From positions 138,011 to 179,282 of IMG/VR virus record IMGVR_UViG_3300014204_000001: 41,272 nt of DNA. One strand, written 5' to 3'. Made by a program: the position numbers and the translations under genes. A model generated the notes under the pieces. That model saw nothing but the letters and a program-made list of their open reading frames with translations, made no database searches and was not told the DNA's origin. How positions within the stretch are numbered: the first letter of the stretch is position 1; each line of letters begins with the position of its first letter. This document shows, piece after piece, positions 31,281 to 39,712 of this stretch. The DNA comes from a virus (lineage: Duplodnaviria; Heunggongvirae; Uroviricota; Caudoviricetes).

Positions 31281-33977
31281 CTACGCGTAGAAACGCAGAT
31301 CTGTCGTGTGCAGCTTGAATGCGAACCAGCCGAACAGCTGCGCGTGCAAGCTGTCATCAGGCAGGGTTGGCGAATGGCGCCAGACCTTCTTGCCCATGGT
31401 AGTGACTTCCTCGTAGATGTTGAGGATGTCTTTGATCGGATCTACCATCTCTTCATAAGGAGGGTACTCGACACCCTGCTTCTTGAGCACCATCAAGAAG
31501 TTGTCGATCAGCGTCGTGCGGTCGGCATTGTAGCGGTCTAGGCCGTTCCACTTGCATGGAACCTGCTGTGAACCATACTGCACCATCGTGCAACGGTGAG
31601 GACCTAGCCCATCACGAAGCATAGAGTTGGGCAATGCTCCTTCGCCTGCGTCGCCTACGACCACAGCGACATTGTACATCTGGAGAATCTCTAGGATGTC
31701 CCGCACATCATTAACTGGGTTGTTACCCGGGTAGATCCTGTAGTAAAGCGTGCGCAACTTCTGCGTCTTGGGCATCCAGCCCCAGACCCAAAGAACGGTC
31801 CGCGACACTCCAGAAGTACCCCCGCCGGACCAGTCGACGCCTGCCACTGTCACTGAGACGTCTTTCAGGTTTCCCCGTTGATCAGGCTTACGCTGGATAC
31901 TCGGCCCAACGCACAGCGCCTTGAGCTCCTCAAGCGAAATAAGTCGACGACCGATGGCGTCAGAAACACCCAACACCTCGTTGCGGAACTTTGAGGGACC
32001 GAAGTTCTCCATATCCGTGAGGATGTCGTTCCAGCGCTCCTGAGCCGCCCGCTGTGACTCGGGGTCATTGTGACATCCGGGGATATTGAGGGGCATGATG
32101 GGCGATGGGATATGGAAGCCCTTGATGTAGCGGAACTCTACGCCCGACGTTGGATCCCAGTTAGGAGGCGGCTCGGGCTTGCGCATATCTACCCATATGC
32201 CGCCACGTGGGTTGAGCGTTTTTCCGCAGTGAAGGCAGATCGGCCCACGCTTCCCAATGGCCTTCTCGCTGATCACGTAGTTATACTTGGAACACCCATC
32301 ACACTTCATTACCCATTCGCTCTGAGTCGACTTCTCCCAGTACACCTGGATGGGGTTCTCCATCGTTTTGGGTGTACCTGTGTACGTCTCGTAGCGGTAC
32401 TGTGAGTTCTTCATGGACGCAGTGACGACTGGGACTACTGCATCCGACAACATATCCTGGAATTCGTCGAAACTGTTGCCACAAATGATAGGCTTGCTCT
32501 CAAGGCCTCCTTTCACAACCAGCCGATGGTGCGGTACCGTAAAACAATAGACATCTTCCGCAACAACCGCGTGCGCCGTTACGCGATTTTTGGTGGTAAA
32601 ATCTGCGCGCCAAAAGATCATCTCAGTATATTTGCAGGGGCGAATCTCGTACAGAGGTTTTCCAGTCATCTCACGTACGTACACAGTGCACGCACGTCCA
32701 AGGCGAAACCAGGCCTCTTGAACATCCTCTGCGAGCTGTTTACTTCGCGTGCGCAGTGTTCCAGTATCCCAAGGTTCCCCTGCGTGGTAACACGCGTCAC
32801 CGAGATAGATACCTTTTAGAACCTCAGTCAACAATGATGCGTGTTCAAAAAACTCCCGCGGGATAAACTTGTCGAAGGATTTTCCCAGGGGCTCGAAATA
32901 GCGCCCTAACGCAACCGAGTTAAGGTGCACATCGGCTGCCGTACGTGTTCGATACGGTCCGTTCGTAAAATGCGGAATACCTGCGGCGTCAGCCAACTCT
33001 TCAATCTGCTTCAGATAGCGCCCAGGGGTTTGTGTGATGACGGGATTGGGGTGCGTGCGGTTACCTTGCCACGTACGCCACGCAAGAGACCCTTCGGAAA
33101 TGTACCAGCCGACCAACTGAGCGAAGGGTTGGTACTTTACCGTAATGTGCGTCCCCGGTACGCCGTCGAACGTTCTCGTTTCAGGTGGTACCGAGTAGCG
33201 CGGTGTCGTCTGGGATGTCAGCTTAAAACCCATGCGCTCCGTACTAATCAACTCCTCGGCGGACATAAACGAGTAATCATCCGGCACCTGAAGTTGAGGT
33301 TTCACCTTGAGGTTGGCCCACATACGGTGATTGCCTGTTACACGCAGGAAAAAACCTCGGTGCTTAAACTCAATCATTGTACCGGTGTATTCTTCGTGGA
33401 TGAGTGCGCTCGGACGATGCCACTCGATCTCCCCTGCACTGTCCACATCGGCAAGAATATCGTCAGCACGCACAGCCTCTACTGCGGCCCATCCGCGTGC
33501 TGTAAGTACCTGTGTGCCTTTGGCGTAACAGCAGCGGTCAGCTGAGAAGCCACGCGCGCGGTCGGCGTCCTCCTGCGCATAAGTAAAAGCATTCTCACTT
33601 CCGTTGGTATAAGCACGGTGGAGGACTCGGTCAGCATGTTCAGGGGACTGAAAATGTTTCCTGACGAGCGGTGAGTAGGCTAGTGTTTTTCCAACACGCG
33701 TATTGGAGAAGATTAGCGTCTGCTCCTTGGTCGGGGATACGTAGTATTCCCGAAAGAACGGAATTGCGACGCTCTCCGCGATAATGAAATTAGCCAGCGA
33801 GGTGCTTTTTCCGATCTGACGTCCACACATCATGAGCGTTGATTTGAAGCGTCCATCGTAAATCGCCCGCTGCATCGGGTAGTCAGCGAACGAAAACGGG
33901 CGTCCGTCAAGCCACAGTAGTGACTCGGCAATTTGAGAAAGTCTCTTGGCCGGAAGTTGCAGCATTTCCACCACCAT
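31281..33977 (-). CDS. terL: Terminase large subunit with intein
   Basis: YPMQ, CGRQIGKS (Walker A), YVSPT, RARGFSADRC|SFDEFQD (Walker B after splicing), TGTP, nuclease GVDWSGGG, VGDAG, DDSLH. Start at 33977 or 33965. Confidence 0.92.
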   Translation of the reverse strand: MVVEMLQLPAKRLSQIAESLLWLDGRPFSFADYPMQRAIYDGRFKSTLMMCGRQIGKSTSLANFIIAESVAIPFFREYYVSPTKEQTLIFSNTRVGKTLAYSPLVRKHFQSPEHADRVLHRAYTNGSENAFTYAQEDADRARGFSADRCCYAKGTQVLTARGWAAVEAVRADDILADVDSAGEIEWHRPSALIHEEYTGTMIEFKHRGFFLRVTGNHRMWANLKVKPQLQVPDDYSFMSAEELISTERMGFKLTSQTTPRYSVPPETRTFDGVPGTHITVKYQPFAQLVGWYISEGSLAWRTWQGNRTHPNPVITQTPGRYLKQIEELADAAGIPHFTNGPYRTRTAADVHLNSVALGRYFEPLGKSFDKFIPREFFEHASLLTEVLKGIYLGDACYHAGEPWDTGTLRTRSKQLAEDVQEAWFRLGRACTVYVREMTGKPLYEIRPCKYTEMIFWRADFTTKNRVTAHAVVAEDVYCFTVPHHRLVVKGGLESKPIICGNSFDEFQDMLSDAVVPVVTASMKNSQYRYETYTGTPKTMENPIQVYWEKSTQSEWVMKCDGCSKYNYVISEKAIGKRGPICLHCGKTLNPRGGIWVDMRKPEPPPNWDPTSGVEFRYIKGFHIPSPIMPLNIPGCHNDPESQRAAQERWNDILTDMENFGPSKFRNEVLGVSDAIGRRLISLEELKALCVGPSIQRKPDQRGNLKDVSVTVAGVDWSGGGTSGVSRTVLWVWGWMPKTQKLRTLYYRIYPGNNPVNDVRDILEILQMYNVAVVVGDAGEGALPNSMLRDGLGPHRCTMVQYGSQQVPCKWNGLDRYNADRTTLIDNFLMVLKKQGVEYPPYEEMVDPIKDILNIYEEVTTMGKKVWRHSPTLPDDSLHAQLFGWFAFKLHTTDLRFYA
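32475..33530 (-). mobile_element. Intein with LAGLIDADG homing endonuclease in TerL (352 aa)
   Basis: ADRC|CYAKGTQVLT...VTGNHRMW...LVGWYISEG / IYLGDA...VYCFTVP...ICGN|S. Confidence 0.92.
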
Positions 33978-34006
33978 TTGTTGAGTACTTAGGGAGCATA
34001 CCACAC

Positions 34007-35287
34007 ATGGCTCAAGCACCAGAGAAGATCGCTCAGCAGGCATACTATGACAAGTACGGGATTCCTCGCGTCACCTTGGCAGAATTCGTTTGGAATCTCG
34101 AGCTGTCTATCCAACAGAACCAAACGCGAGGCGTCCTCTGCGCCATCTCTGAGGCAGGTGTAGGCAAGTCACAGGTGGTCAAGCAACTCGCCCGGAAGTA
34201 CGACCGGCGCGTCGTCGACATCAGGACGAGTCAGTTCTCGCTCATCGGCGCTGGTGTTCCCCAGCGCGCCGATGATCAAGGCTACTTCCAGATCGCCGTA
34301 CCCGCGGACTACCCCAAGAAGGATGAGAAGTGCATCCTCCTCTTCGACGAAATAAATCAAGGGCAATCCCATGCGATTGCCATGTTCTTTAAGCTGCTCG
34401 AGGACCGCGGCATCTACAACTACGAGCTGCCCGATGACTGTATCATCGTGGCACTCATGAACCCCTCGACGGCGCAGTACAATGTGACGAAGATTGAGAC
34501 GAATCCGGCGATCAACCGGCGTCTCATGAAGGTGTACGTGTACGCCACGTTCACGGATTGGGTAGCGCACGCCAAGACTAAGGAGTTCCACTACACCGAC
34601 TTCCCCGCCGAGGGCGGGCGCCCCTGTCATCCCTGGGTGCTCAAGTTCCTCCAGACGGAGAACAAGCTGTTGTACCGTGACGTCGACCGAGATGGGAACC
34701 AGCAGTTCGCCTGCCCGGCGACCTGGCAAACGGTTTCCCTCAGTCTCTACAACCTGGAGGCGGCCGGTGAGCCCATCGTCTCAGAGCGTGCGGAGAACCG
34801 CATCGCGATGAGCGTGAACCCGGTCATCGCGAGGTCGTTGCTCGAGTACATCCGCAACAATGAAGTGCGGATCTCGCCCGATGAGATCCTCTTCAAGTAC
34901 AAGGCCCGAAGCAAGCTCCGCGAGCGCATTCTCGCGCTGAAGGACGAGCCGGGTGGTGAGTACCCCAAGCTCATCGAGAACGTGGCCAGCTACTTGTTTA
35001 CCGAGAAGCCTAAACCGGGCGACATCGGAACACAGCTGGTGCTCTTCTGGTCAGACATGCCGCTCGAGCTCGCTCAGGCATTCTTCCAGATGATTGCCAC
35101 AGTTGCGGAGGCCGGAGATCCGCAGAAGATCTCGGCCAATCGTCAGTACATGAAGGCTCTGACGAACGAGATGCAGACCGACAAGTTGTGGATCGAGACG
35201 AACCAAAAGATGATGCGGACCCAGAATGACTTCGAGCGCGCCCTTAAGGGTGATAAGGCGTCTCTGGATCCGATGAATCAGAAGTAG
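34007..35287 (+). CDS. MoxR-like AAA+ ATPase
   Basis: GGGAG RBS before ATG 34007 (MAQAPEK); SEAGVGKS (Walker A), ILLFDEIN (Walker B), IVALMNP, PAINRR, CPATW. Confidence 0.88.
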   Translation: MAQAPEKIAQQAYYDKYGIPRVTLAEFVWNLELSIQQNQTRGVLCAISEAGVGKSQVVKQLARKYDRRVVDIRTSQFSLIGAGVPQRADDQGYFQIAVPADYPKKDEKCILLFDEINQGQSHAIAMFFKLLEDRGIYNYELPDDCIIVALMNPSTAQYNVTKIETNPAINRRLMKVYVYATFTDWVAHAKTKEFHYTDFPAEGGRPCHPWVLKFLQTENKLLYRDVDRDGNQQFACPATWQTVSLSLYNLEAAGEPIVSERAENRIAMSVNPVIARSLLEYIRNNEVRISPDEILFKYKARSKLRERILALKDEPGGEYPKLIENVASYLFTEKPKPGDIGTQLVLFWSDMPLELAQAFFQMIATVAEAGDPQKISANRQYMKALTNEMQTDKLWIETNQKMMRTQNDFERALKGDKASLDPMNQK

Positions 35288-35976
35288 GACGCGAGAGTCT
35301 CCGTGCGCTTTACCTGGTAAAGCTGCGCACGAGACAAGTGAGCCAGCTGCACGCCGACGGCGTTGTCTTCCACGTCGGCGTGCGGCTGCCACAGCTTCTT
35401 CACCTGTGCTGCGAGCTCCTTGCCTTCTGGGGTAAGGAGCTTGTCCAAGTGCGGTTGAGCATCCACCAGATTTTCACACAGGCATACGACGCCCTGATCG
35501 TGGGCGCATACAGCGATGTATGCCAGAACACCGTCATCGAACTCAGGCTTAATAGGCCCCTCCTCGCTCAACGCGAGAATAAGCTCAGCCTCAAACACGC
35601 CCCAAGCCATCTGCTCGAACGCCGGCTTGGGCAGTTGCTCAGGAAACACTGCCAGATCGTTGAGGGCCAAGCATGTTTGGCCAAACACACGCCAGTCCCA
35701 CCAGAAGGCGGGGTACGTAGCCAACGTGACGCCCGCCATCAGCTTGTCGCGATTCATCTCCGGTGGATCGAGCTCGAGCCAGAGTGTCTCTGGTTCCCAG
35801 GCAAGCCATCCAGGGCCCAACAGCTTGCGCGCGGCCACCATTAGCGCCAAGGTAGGCGTTAGGGGGTCTGCGATGGCCTTCTTCGGGTCCTTGAATGATT
35901 CCGGTGACTGCCAGGCCCGGTATGCTCGAGCGATGAGATCCGTCACATCAGACTCCAAGCTGAGCCGAGAGGACAC
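35278..35976 (-). CDS. Hypothetical protein
   Basis: 232 aa, coupled to upstream minus-strand gene; WLAWEPETLWLEL, FWWDWRVF; no family recognised. Confidence 0.75.
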   Translation of the reverse strand: MSSRLSLESDVTDLIARAYRAWQSPESFKDPKKAIADPLTPTLALMVAARKLLGPGWLAWEPETLWLELDPPEMNRDKLMAGVTLATYPAFWWDWRVFGQTCLALNDLAVFPEQLPKPAFEQMAWGVFEAELILALSEEGPIKPEFDDGVLAYIAVCAHDQGVVCLCENLVDAQPHLDKLLTPEGKELAAQVKKLWQPHADVEDNAVGVQLAHLSRAQLYQVKRTETLASYF

Positions 35977-36949
35977 GCTTTAGATCGAGCGGTAGGGTAT
36001 CTACCACGGTAGACAACTTAGACAGGTCCACCTGTCCGCCCGGGGCAATCTCATTGGAGAGCTCCGACCCTCCAAGATCTTCCCAGAAGGAAGCAGGCAG
36101 ACTAGCCAGCTTCGAGATAGGCACCATGCGGCCACCCAGGTCGACCATGCTCGACGCCAGCTTGTCGGTGTTGAACACGCTACGGATGGCGTCAGGCAGT
36201 TTGCGGTCGTAGTGCCGGTCGAGCCCCGCCTTCTCGTCGAGCGTCGCGATAGTGTTCGCCACCTTGAGCAGCGTCTCGCGGTCCTTGGAAAACTCGGGCA
36301 TCGTCTTGAGCTCGTCAGCCAGCTGCTGGTATGCGACCTTCACAGCAGTGCGCGCCTCCGGGGTCGCTGCGGCGCGCGCCTCGAGCCAGTCCCGGGTAAC
36401 CTGCGTGCTAGAGATCACGAAGCCGGCCAGCTTCTGCACCTCGGGGTGCAGCGTGACGTTGAGCTCTTGCGCCTTCTTCACCAAGTTGGCGCAGGCAGTA
36501 GCGCGGTGCTCCAGATCGAGCTTGTACATCTCGCCGACCAGCTGACTCTGCGCGCGCCGAACCTCAGACGCAGACTTCACCCGAAGGCGACGCAAATCAG
36601 GCAGCAGGAAATCGTCATCCTTGTCGCCCGCAAGTTTCTCCTCGGTCGAGGCGAAGGTTTCTGCTGGGACTCCCCAAACCTCGAGGGCCTCCTTGATCCT
36701 CTTCTCAACCTCAGGTGGAACGTACTCTGACGCGTTCTTCAGGTAGGCGTAGGAAAGGGCAGCGTGCTCAGCCGTGTGGATGGGGTACTTCCGCTCATCC
36801 GACCAGGCGAACGCAGTCACAGGAAGCGACGCAGCCTCGCCCGTCTCGATAGAGGCTTCCTTCACGAACGACTCCAACTGCGGCATCCGATTCGTCAGAT
36901 TGTAGAGGACGCCGAAAGCGGGGTCCGAGAACTGATCCATAACACTCAT
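35948..36949 (-). CDS. K-x-A-motif-rich protein, putative virion head/internal protein
   Basis: AGGAGA RBS; KEAS, KNAS, KLAG, KSAS, KLAG, KLAS, KLAS among about ten KxA sites in 333 aa. Confidence 0.75.
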   Translation of the reverse strand: MSVMDQFSDPAFGVLYNLTNRMPQLESFVKEASIETGEAASLPVTAFAWSDERKYPIHTAEHAALSYAYLKNASEYVPPEVEKRIKEALEVWGVPAETFASTEEKLAGDKDDDFLLPDLRRLRVKSASEVRRAQSQLVGEMYKLDLEHRATACANLVKKAQELNVTLHPEVQKLAGFVISSTQVTRDWLEARAAATPEARTAVKVAYQQLADELKTMPEFSKDRETLLKVANTIATLDEKAGLDRHYDRKLPDAIRSVFNTDKLASSMVDLGGRMVPISKLASLPASFWEDLGGSELSNEIAPGGQVDLSKLSTVVDTLPLDLKRVLSAQLGV

Positions 36950-36986
36950 GTGTTTCTCCTGAGACGCATTGGCGGTCTTGGCAAGA

Positions 36987-36992
36987 AGTATA
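36987..36992 (-). promoter_or_regulatory. TATACT -10-like hexamer upstream of 35948-36949
   Basis: Same hexamer in a divergent intergenic gap; plus strand has an overlapping TAGGTT before the vWA gene. Confidence 0.5.
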
Positions 36993-37013
36993 GGTTAACC
37001 CATGGAGGATCTT

Positions 37014-38651
37014 ATGGCCAAAGTAGCCGATACAACCGCGATCTCACGATCTCTAGTATATCTCGTTTCACCTAGGGGTGGCGATAATTATTGGTGCCGC
37101 GTTTTGAACGGCTGCGACAAGCAGTACCGACCAGGCTTCGGCACGGCTGCCGTCAGCGTCGCGCCCAACGGCCGCTACGTGCTCATGGTCGATGATGCGT
37201 ACTTCGCCACACGGCCTGAGCCCATGCAGAAGCTCATTCTCATCCATGAAGCTGGTCACCTCGTCCTCCGGCACATAGAGCGCCTCTTCCGCATCCAGTG
37301 CAATCTCGCCAACCCCACGCTGCGCAAGGCTGTGATGGTGGTGTACAACATCGCCGCTGACCTGGCCTGCAACGACAAGATCGTCCGCAACGAGCCTGAA
37401 TTCAAACAGATGCTCGACGCAGGCGAGTTCGACGGGTTGCTCCCCGAACGTATGAAGTACCCCTGTGGCCTGAGTATGGAGGGCTACCTGACCCTACTCG
37501 TGAAAGATCTGCCTCAGGCGCTTGAGAACATGAAGAAAATGCTCGAGGCGGCGGAGAAGGGTGAAGGCAAAGACGAGGGGGGTGGCACGAGCATTAGCGT
37601 GCCTCTCGACGGCGGCGGCAGCGTAGGCGGCTCGATGGGCGGCCAAAAGAAGGACAAGGGGAAGGGTGGGTCAGAGAGCGACGATCAGACCACCGACGAC
37701 CCACAGGTACCTCCCGGATTGAGCGCAGCAGCCCAGAATAATCCTGGCCTCATCGACGAGCTCGAAAAGCTGTTCGATGAGATCTCGAACGCGGCCCACA
37801 AGCTCTGGAACAAGAAAGCCGACCAGATGACGGCAGAAGAAGCCGGCAGCCTGGCGGACAAGATGAAGCAGCACGCCAAGCGTCTGGTGAAAAGCGCTCA
37901 CGAGCAAACTCTCCGCTCCCGTGGCAACATCCCTGCAGGTATTGATCAGCTAGTCCAGGGACTGCTCCAACCTGAACAGATCCCCTGGCACTGGTTGCTC
38001 GACGACGCACTCCAGGGGGCTATCAACTCGAAGATCCTCGAGGAGATGGCCATGCCTAACATGTCCTTGCTCCCGAGTGACTCGTACGATCCGTGGCCGG
38101 GCTTCACACTCGACCGCAAGTTCCGGATCTACTGGTTCACGGACACGTCTGGGTCCGTCTCGAATCTAGAGTATGCCCGCGCATGCGCCTGCATCAACTC
38201 GCTGCTGAGTGTGAACAAGAGCATCGAGCTGATTCATCTACAGGGCGATGCAGCATGCCAGAGTGAAGAAATCACTAACAACCTCGAGCCCCCAGACCCG
38301 TCGGCTCTTCACCGCATGGGCTATGGCGGCACTGTTTACACGTCCCAGTTCAAGCGCATCCTCGGAGTCGACACGCCGGAGGATTGGCAAGATCCCTCCG
38401 CGCGTCCTTCCGAGCATCCCGGTAAGCCCGACCTCGTCGTGGTCTTCACGGATGGCGGCGTAGTACTTGAGAAACCGAGCTACTACGCAAATGAGGGAGA
38501 AACCACGTTCCCGACGTACAAGCCCGACGTGCCGATCATCTGGCTTGTGGCGCCGGGGTGCCAGCCGGCTCCAGGCATGAACAACCTGGCCCCAGACCGC
38601 GTGATCGAAATGTTCAAAATTCGCTCTGAGTTCGATGACAAGGAAGGTTAG
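37014..38651 (+). CDS. DUF2201-like HExxH metallopeptidase + vWA domain protein (MoxR partner)
   Basis: GTAAV, LIHEAGHLVLRH, NIAADLACN; low-complexity linker; FTDTSGSV (MIDAS), GYGGT, VVFTDG. GGAGG RBS favours ATG 37014. Confidence 0.85.
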   Translation: MAKVADTTAISRSLVYLVSPRGGDNYWCRVLNGCDKQYRPGFGTAAVSVAPNGRYVLMVDDAYFATRPEPMQKLILIHEAGHLVLRHIERLFRIQCNLANPTLRKAVMVVYNIAADLACNDKIVRNEPEFKQMLDAGEFDGLLPERMKYPCGLSMEGYLTLLVKDLPQALENMKKMLEAAEKGEGKDEGGGTSISVPLDGGGSVGGSMGGQKKDKGKGGSESDDQTTDDPQVPPGLSAAAQNNPGLIDELEKLFDEISNAAHKLWNKKADQMTAEEAGSLADKMKQHAKRLVKSAHEQTLRSRGNIPAGIDQLVQGLLQPEQIPWHWLLDDALQGAINSKILEEMAMPNMSLLPSDSYDPWPGFTLDRKFRIYWFTDTSGSVSNLEYARACACINSLLSVNKSIELIHLQGDAACQSEEITNNLEPPDPSALHRMGYGGTVYTSQFKRILGVDTPEDWQDPSARPSEHPGKPDLVVVFTDGGVVLEKPSYYANEGETTFPTYKPDVPIIWLVAPGCQPAPGMNNLAPDRVIEMFKIRSEFDDKEG

Positions 38652-38656
38652 GTCTA

Positions 38657-38818
38657 ATGACTACTAAAATCAAGAAAACGCCAGAACAACTCGCACGAGA
38701 CTTCCTCAACTACGCCTTTCGGGACATCGAATTCGTTTACGAGAATTTGACGGACACCGAGAAGGCGCTCTGTACGCGCAAAGAATTCGATGAGCTCGTC
38801 AAGTGGATCCGTAGTTGA
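38657..38818 (+). CDS. Small hypothetical protein, 53 aa (not in ORF track)
   Basis: MTTKIKKTPEQLARDFLNYAFRDIEFVYENLTDTEKALCTRKEFDELVKWIRS; AAGGAAGG upstream, terminator immediately downstream. Confidence 0.65.
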   Translation: MTTKIKKTPEQLARDFLNYAFRDIEFVYENLTDTEKALCTRKEFDELVKWIRS

Positions 38819-38824
38819 TTTCAA

Positions 38825-38860
38825 GGGGCCCATTCTCACACGAGGATGGGCCCCGTCTTT
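38825..38860 (+). terminator. Rho-independent terminator
   Basis: GGGGCCCATTCTC-ACAC-GAGGATGGGCCCC followed by gtcttt. Confidence 0.65.
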
Positions 38861-38938
38861 GTCTGCTCGAATAAAGAAAGGAAAATGGGTCCCTGAGTCA
38901 TGCTGTATTCCTAGCGCACTTTGGCGCATTTAAGGGGA

Positions 38939-39448
38939 ATGACTATGCTAGCCAGCAGGCTTCTTAAAGAAACTCCCCACTTTGCAGCAGCAGAACTTGG
39001 TAGTGCGATGGTCGTGTGCTGGAAACAATCAGCGACTATTGCGGCGCTACGTGAACTTGAAGCGCCAACTAAGATGATGGCTACCAGGCACCCTGACGGG
39101 TTTGCCTGGGTAGTAATCACCGGAGATGTCGGCAATCCAGAGGAGACCGACTTCACCAAAGAATCGTCAGCGCAGCTTCAGCGATTCAAGGGCTGCGTTA
39201 AGGCCGTAGGCTGCGTGCAACCCGGGAAAACGATAGCGGGTACATTGATCACCGTCGCATTTCGCGTAGCACATGCGTTTAGCCTGGGGGTCACCCCAGT
39301 GGGAATCTACAAGACCACGGGTGAAACGTGCCTGTGGCTTCACGGGTTAATGGTTAAACAAGGGATCGCAGGTCAAATGACCTTTGACGATCTCTACAGA
39401 GGAACGCAGGAGCTCGTCACGAAGTACGTTCCCGCTGGGAGTAAGTAA
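38939..39448 (+). CDS. STAS/SEC14 (SpoIIAA-like) domain protein
   Basis: MVVCW...RHPDGFAWVVI...VKAVGCV...TPVGIYKTTGETCLWL resembles the SpoIIAA-like pattern ending P...F.T..EA..WL; AAGGGG RBS. Confidence 0.45.
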   Translation: MTMLASRLLKETPHFAAAELGSAMVVCWKQSATIAALRELEAPTKMMATRHPDGFAWVVITGDVGNPEETDFTKESSAQLQRFKGCVKAVGCVQPGKTIAGTLITVAFRVAHAFSLGVTPVGIYKTTGETCLWLHGLMVKQGIAGQMTFDDLYRGTQELVTKYVPAGSK

Positions 39449-39476
39449 GGGTCCTGACAACAACTGGAGGCATGTA

Positions 39477-39644
39477 ATGGAAACTAAGCCTGAAGTTCTC
39501 GTTGAGGATTGTGCAGCAGAGCCTCGCCCCAGCGGCATCCCCGGGTTCTACCTTCCTGTTGTACAAGTCGAGCAAAACGATGACACGGAGTATCTCCCCA
39601 GCGGCATTCCCGGATTCTACATTCCCGTACAAGTCAAGAAGTGA
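39477..39644 (+). CDS. 55-aa peptide with duplicated PSGIPGFYxPV motif
   Basis: GGAGG RBS; METKPEVLVEDCAAEPRPSGIPGFYLPVVQVEQNDDTEYLPSGIPGFYIPVQVKK. Confidence 0.65.
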   Translation: METKPEVLVEDCAAEPRPSGIPGFYLPVVQVEQNDDTEYLPSGIPGFYIPVQVKK

Positions 39645-39652
39645 TGTGCGTT

Positions 39653-39696
39653 GCCCACCTCGCGAGAGGTGGGCTTCGCAGAGCACTTCTGCTCTG
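39653..39696 (+). other. Two adjacent stem-loops in intergenic region
   Basis: GCCCACCTC-GCGA-GAGGTGGGC and CAGAGCA-CTTC-TGCTCTG; no U-tract. Confidence 0.6.
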
Positions 39697-39712
39697 AGAG
39701 GGAGACGTAACG

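Noticed and set aside
29882-31357. Short ORFs across the hairpin array
   Set aside because: Arg/Ser/Ala-rich, no SD sites, inconsistent frames; repeats do not preserve a reading frame.
38654-38929. 91-aa minus-strand ORF
   Set aside because: The plus-strand 53-aa ORF with RBS and downstream terminator explains the region better.
39525-39640. DGR template/variable repeat pair for the RT
   Set aside because: Mismatches include C/T changes at synonymous positions and an indel, not only adenine positions; both copies are in one short ORF; the RT motifs look retron-like.
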